This document shows positions 60,301-64,000 of a stretch of DNA of 64,000 nucleotides, piece by piece. This DNA comes from Eledone cirrhosa (taxonomy: Eukaryota). Made by a program: the position numbers and the translations under genes. Positions within the stretch are counted from its first letter, which is position 1; the number at the start of each line of letters is the position of its first letter. The notes under the pieces are model-generated. The model made no database searches and was not told where the DNA came from. It saw only the letters and a program-made list of their open reading frames with translations. The stretch spans positions 40,734,001 to 40,798,000 of the forward strand of contig OZ024754.1 of the NCBI GenBank assembly GCA_964016885.1, written 5' to 3'.

Positions 60301-62493
60301 GGAGAAGGTATTTCCCTAGAAGATGCATACTATTATTATTGGTGGATTGGCAGTATCAGTAGAGGGTCGGACGCCATGCTTTGACGTATAGAGTTACGGC
60401 CCTTGCCATTCTGAGTTCAAATCCCGTCGGGGTTAACTTTGCCTTTCATTCTTACGGGGTCGATAAAATAAAGTACCAGTAATGCACTGGGGTTAATTGC
60501 TGGCCTTGTGCCTAAAGTAGAAACAATTATTAACAGACTTTTCTTTCTTTCTGTGAAGATAAATGGTGAAACTGGGCAAAAATTTAGTTATGAAAGCCTT
60601 CAAAAAGATTCCATAAAGGTCTCCAACTCCTTTTACCGTCTTGGACTGCGGAAAGGAGACGTTGTTTGTTTGTATGGATCCAACATTCCTGAAATGCTTC
60701 ATATTCTTTGTGGAGTCACTGCTATAGGGGGAGTCATAACTCCAGCCATGGCACAGATGTCAGTAGGTAAGAACTATTATCTATTCAAACCTTTTTGGAG
60801 GGTTTTTCTTAAACACATTCATTTCTCTGGGTTTTTTTCATTGTCTGTCAACTTTGAAATCATAAAATCAGGCGCGTCATGCTCCATTCTTCTTCTTCTT
60901 CTTCTTCTTCTTCTTTTTCTTCTTTTTCTTCTTTTTCTTTTTCTTTTTCTTCTTTTTCTTTTTCTTTTTCTTCTTCTTCTTTTTCTTTTTCTTTTTCTTT
61001 TTCTTCTTTTTCTTTTTCCTCTTCTTTTGCTTCTTTTTCTTTTTCTTCTTTTTCTTTTTCTTTTTCTTCTTTTTCTTTTTCTTCTTTTTCTTCTTTTTCA
61101 TTTTCTTCTTTTTCTTTTCTTTTTCTTTTTCCTCTTCTTTTGCTTCTTTTTCTTCTTTTTCTTTTTCTTCTTTTTCTTTTTCTTCTTTTTCTTTTTCTTC
61201 TTTTTCCTCTTCTTTTTCTTCTTTTTCTTCGTCTTCTTCTTCTTCTTCTCCTTCTCTTCCTCCTCCTCCTCCGCCCCACTTATTCCTGAGAGGGTTGTGT
61301 TAGGGGACAGAGTCCTCAAACACTCCTCTTCCAGAAGGTCCTGTCAGAAGGAACCCTCTCCAACTAATCCAGCTCTAGATTCCCCAAGCGAGACCAGCCG
61401 AGCTCAGGGATGTTATTCAGCCATCTTTCTCAGGGTCTACCCCTTTCTTCTACAATGTTTCTTCTACTTTCCCCTGCTGGCATGGGTTGGATGAGATAAT
61501 TTGAGACAATGTTTTACAACCAGACACCTTTCCTGATACCAACCGTTTTAGTCGCTTCTTTTGACATTCAGGAATATGGTGTACCTGTCCTAAAACCCAT
61601 GATATACATGATATCTACGAGGGTCATCTGAAAAGTTCATAGGCTGACCAAGATACTCTCATGGAATGACTAAATAAGGTTTATTTTTCAACATAGTCCC
61701 TGGAAAGAAACAATGCAGTTATACATAATTCTATGTACTATACATGCACCTTTGACAAGTGGTAGTGCACCTGAGCACTGTACACAATAATTTCATTATT
61801 GGTAGAGAGTCGGACGCCATGCTTTCCAGCATAGTTACGTCCCTTTTACGGTCTGAGTTCAAATCCCGTTGAGGTTAACTTTGCCTTTCATCCTTACGGG
61901 GTCGATAAAATAAAGTACCAGTAATACACTGGGATAATTGCTGGCTTTGTGCCAAAATTAGAAACAATTATTATATTAATAAGAAGGGCAGTGGATTGGC
62001 AGTATCAGTAGAGTCGGACGCCATGCTTTGCAGCACAGAGTTGTGGTCCTTTACAGTCTGAGTTCAAATCCTGCCAAGCTAAACTTTGCCTTTCATCCTT
62101 ACGGGGTCGATAAAATAAAGTACCAGTAAGGTACTGGGTAATTGCTGGCCTTGTGCCAAAAGTAGAAACAATTATTATATTAATAAGAAAATTTGAAAAT
62201 AATACATGCAAGATTTCACAGCTCTAGCATCACTCCTTCATAATCATCCAGTCTATGACCTTTTCAGCCTGCCCTCATATTTTACTTTGCCATTATAGAT
62301 ATTTTTTTGTTTATGCTTCGTTAGAAAGAACAATTATGTAAAAATTAAGCTCTGCTAATTATTGTGAATGTTTATTTCATTTGTAGGAGAACTCAGCTCT
62401 CAGTTACGAGACTCTCAGTCTAAGTTTATTGTAACCACCCCAGAATGTGTTATTAGGGCTAAAGAAGCTGCTAAAAGAACCAACAGTATTCAG
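57353..62493 (+). CDS. 4-coumarate-CoA ligase-like / luciferase-like acyl-CoA synthetase (ANL superfamily), 5' part only; exons 57353-57517, 60559-60766, 62387-62493; continues beyond the window
   Basis: Spliced: ..[62 protein letters not shown].[17 protein letters not shown]. This is the typical N-terminus of 4CL/luciferase-like AMP-binding enzymes, and the phases are compatible. Confidence 0.85.
58231..58550 (+). repeat. (TTTGGG/TCTGGG)n hexamer tract, ~50 units
   Basis: Directly visible; intronic. Confidence 0.95.
59434..59927. repeat. 48-bp minisatellite (~10 copies)
   Basis: Unit cacccagtccacactgtaaagtggacgtgtaaaagacacagcaaagag. Confidence 0.95.
60886..61272. repeat. ~390-bp polypyrimidine (CTT/CTTTTT)n tract
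   Basis: Almost pure C/T on the plus strand; intronic. Confidence 0.95.
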
Positions 62494-63351
62494 GTATTGG
62501 TTACTCTTTTACCCTTTTACTCTTTTACTTGTTCCCGCCATCCAGATGAGGCCATGCTGGGGCACCTGGGATCTTTCTTACAATCTTTGTCCTCACAATT
62601 TCTTTTATTTGCAGAGAACCTTTAAATTCATCATGTCTACCTGGAGAAAACAATAGGTTTACTTAAACTGGCTGTATCCAGCCAGAGTTCTTTCACCTCT
62701 TTCGGTTCAAACCAGCCATAACTGGCCAATCATACTGTATTGTTCTCAAAATGAATATCAAAATCTCATAGATTTGATGATATTATGTGAGATAATTATG
62801 TGAAATAAAGAGCCTTTAGTGTGAAAATATAATAGTAAATATAGAGTAATGTAAATGGTAATGGGTTAAGGGAGGACCAAGAGAGAGAGAGAGAAGGAGA
62901 GAGATCTTTTGAAAAACTCAAATGCTTGTGCTTTTGAGGTCACCAGGTTAACATTAATTTAGATAAATCTTTTGCTTTAAGTCTTCATTTTTAGCTAATA
63001 TATGGTACCTAGATTTTACCATTTTACAAAGCACCACCTTGCTGGCTAGATAGAGAGGAAGCTGTTATGTCTGTCTGATAAAGAATGGTAACAACCACAC
63101 TAGAGTGTTTTGTACAATGTTCTGACAATTGCGCCTATCCTGAACTGGTACTTTATTTCATTAACCCCAGAAAGATAAAAGACAAAGTTGACCTCAGCAA
63201 TATTTGAAGTCAGTACATAAAGAACCAGAAAATACTGCATGGTGTTTTGTCCCGAACTCTAATGGTTCTGCCAGTTCACTGCCTTGTTATCCTTGACATT
63301 CCTAAAGCGAGGTGATGGTCACAGATGGAATGCCTTTGATTTCATGTCAGC

Positions 63352-64000
63352 TGTAAAGTGGTCGTGTAGGAGACACGGTAAAAAGGCTCCTAGTCCACAC
63401 TGTAAAGTGGTTGTGTAGGAGACACGGTAAAAAGGCTCCTAGTCCACACTGTAAAGTGGTTGTGTAGGAGACACGGTAAAAAGGCTCCTAGTCCACACTG
63501 TAAAGTGGTCATGTAGAAGACACGGTAAAAAGGCTCCTAGTCCACACTGTAAAGTGGTCATGTAGAAGACACGGTAAAAAGGCTCCTAGTCCACACTGTA
63601 AAGTGGTCGTGTAGGAGACACGGTAAAAAGGCTCCTAGTCCACACTGTAAAGTGGTCGTGTAGGAGACACAGTAAAAAGGCTCCCAGTCCACACTGAAAA
63701 GTGGTCATGTAGGAGACACGGTAAAAAGGCTCCTAGTCCACACTGTAAAGTGGTCATGTAGGAGACACAGTAAAAAGGCTCCTAGTCCACACTGTAAAGT
63801 GGTCATGTAGGAGACACGGTAAAAAAGGCTCCTAGTCCACACTGTAAAGTGGTCATGTAGGAGACACAGTAAAAAGGCTCCTAGTCCACACTGTAAAGTG
63901 GTCATGTAGGAGACACGGTAAAAAGGCTCCTAGTCCACACTGTAAAGTGGTCATGTAGAAGACACGGTAAAAAGGCTCCTAGTCCACACTGTAAAGTGGT
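63352..64000. repeat. 49-bp minisatellite (at least 13 copies, runs off the window), related to the 59434-59927 array
   Basis: Unit ctcctagtccacactgtaaagtggtcatgtaggagacacggtaaaaagg. Confidence 0.95.

Noticed and set aside
60767-61494. Long Leu/Phe-rich extension of ORF 60508-61494 and antisense poly-Lys/Glu ORFs
   Set aside because: This is an intronic polypyrimidine tract; the coding exon ends at the GT donor at 60767.

Overview
AT-rich, intron- and repeat-rich eukaryotic DNA. It is most likely from an octopus or other coleoid cephalopod, inferred from the tRNA-derived SINEs, RTE/CR1 fragments and microsatellite density. Four protein-coding genes can be spliced by hand. (1) A secreted coiled-coil plus fibrinogen-C-terminal (FReD) protein (+, 377-6655, 4 exons, ~1227 aa). 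(2) ALKBH6 (-, 16359-9144, 6 exons, 229 aa). (3) A complete Dicer-1 (+, 20536-44836, 17 coding exons, ~2495 aa), head-to-head with ALKBH6; it has a GC-AG intron, degenerate helicase ATPase motifs and a ~780-aa acidic low-complexity insertion. (4) The 5' part of a 4-coumarate-CoA-ligase/luciferase-like ANL enzyme (+, from 57353, running off the window). The rest is mobile-element debris (mariner, piggyBac-like, hAT and pogo MITEs, Helitron, RTE, CR1, CRE, SINEs) and many minisatellites, several of them tandem amplifications of transposon ends. The most unusual signal is RNA structure in the Dicer locus. Minimal type-I hammerhead ribozyme motifs of the Penelope-like type occur at 46553-46790, as a pair inside a ~150-bp inverted repeat 1.7 kb after the Dicer stop codon, and at 24015-24165, along with a cluster of long hairpins. 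No CRISPR array is present. Most short ORFs in the supplied track are spurious.
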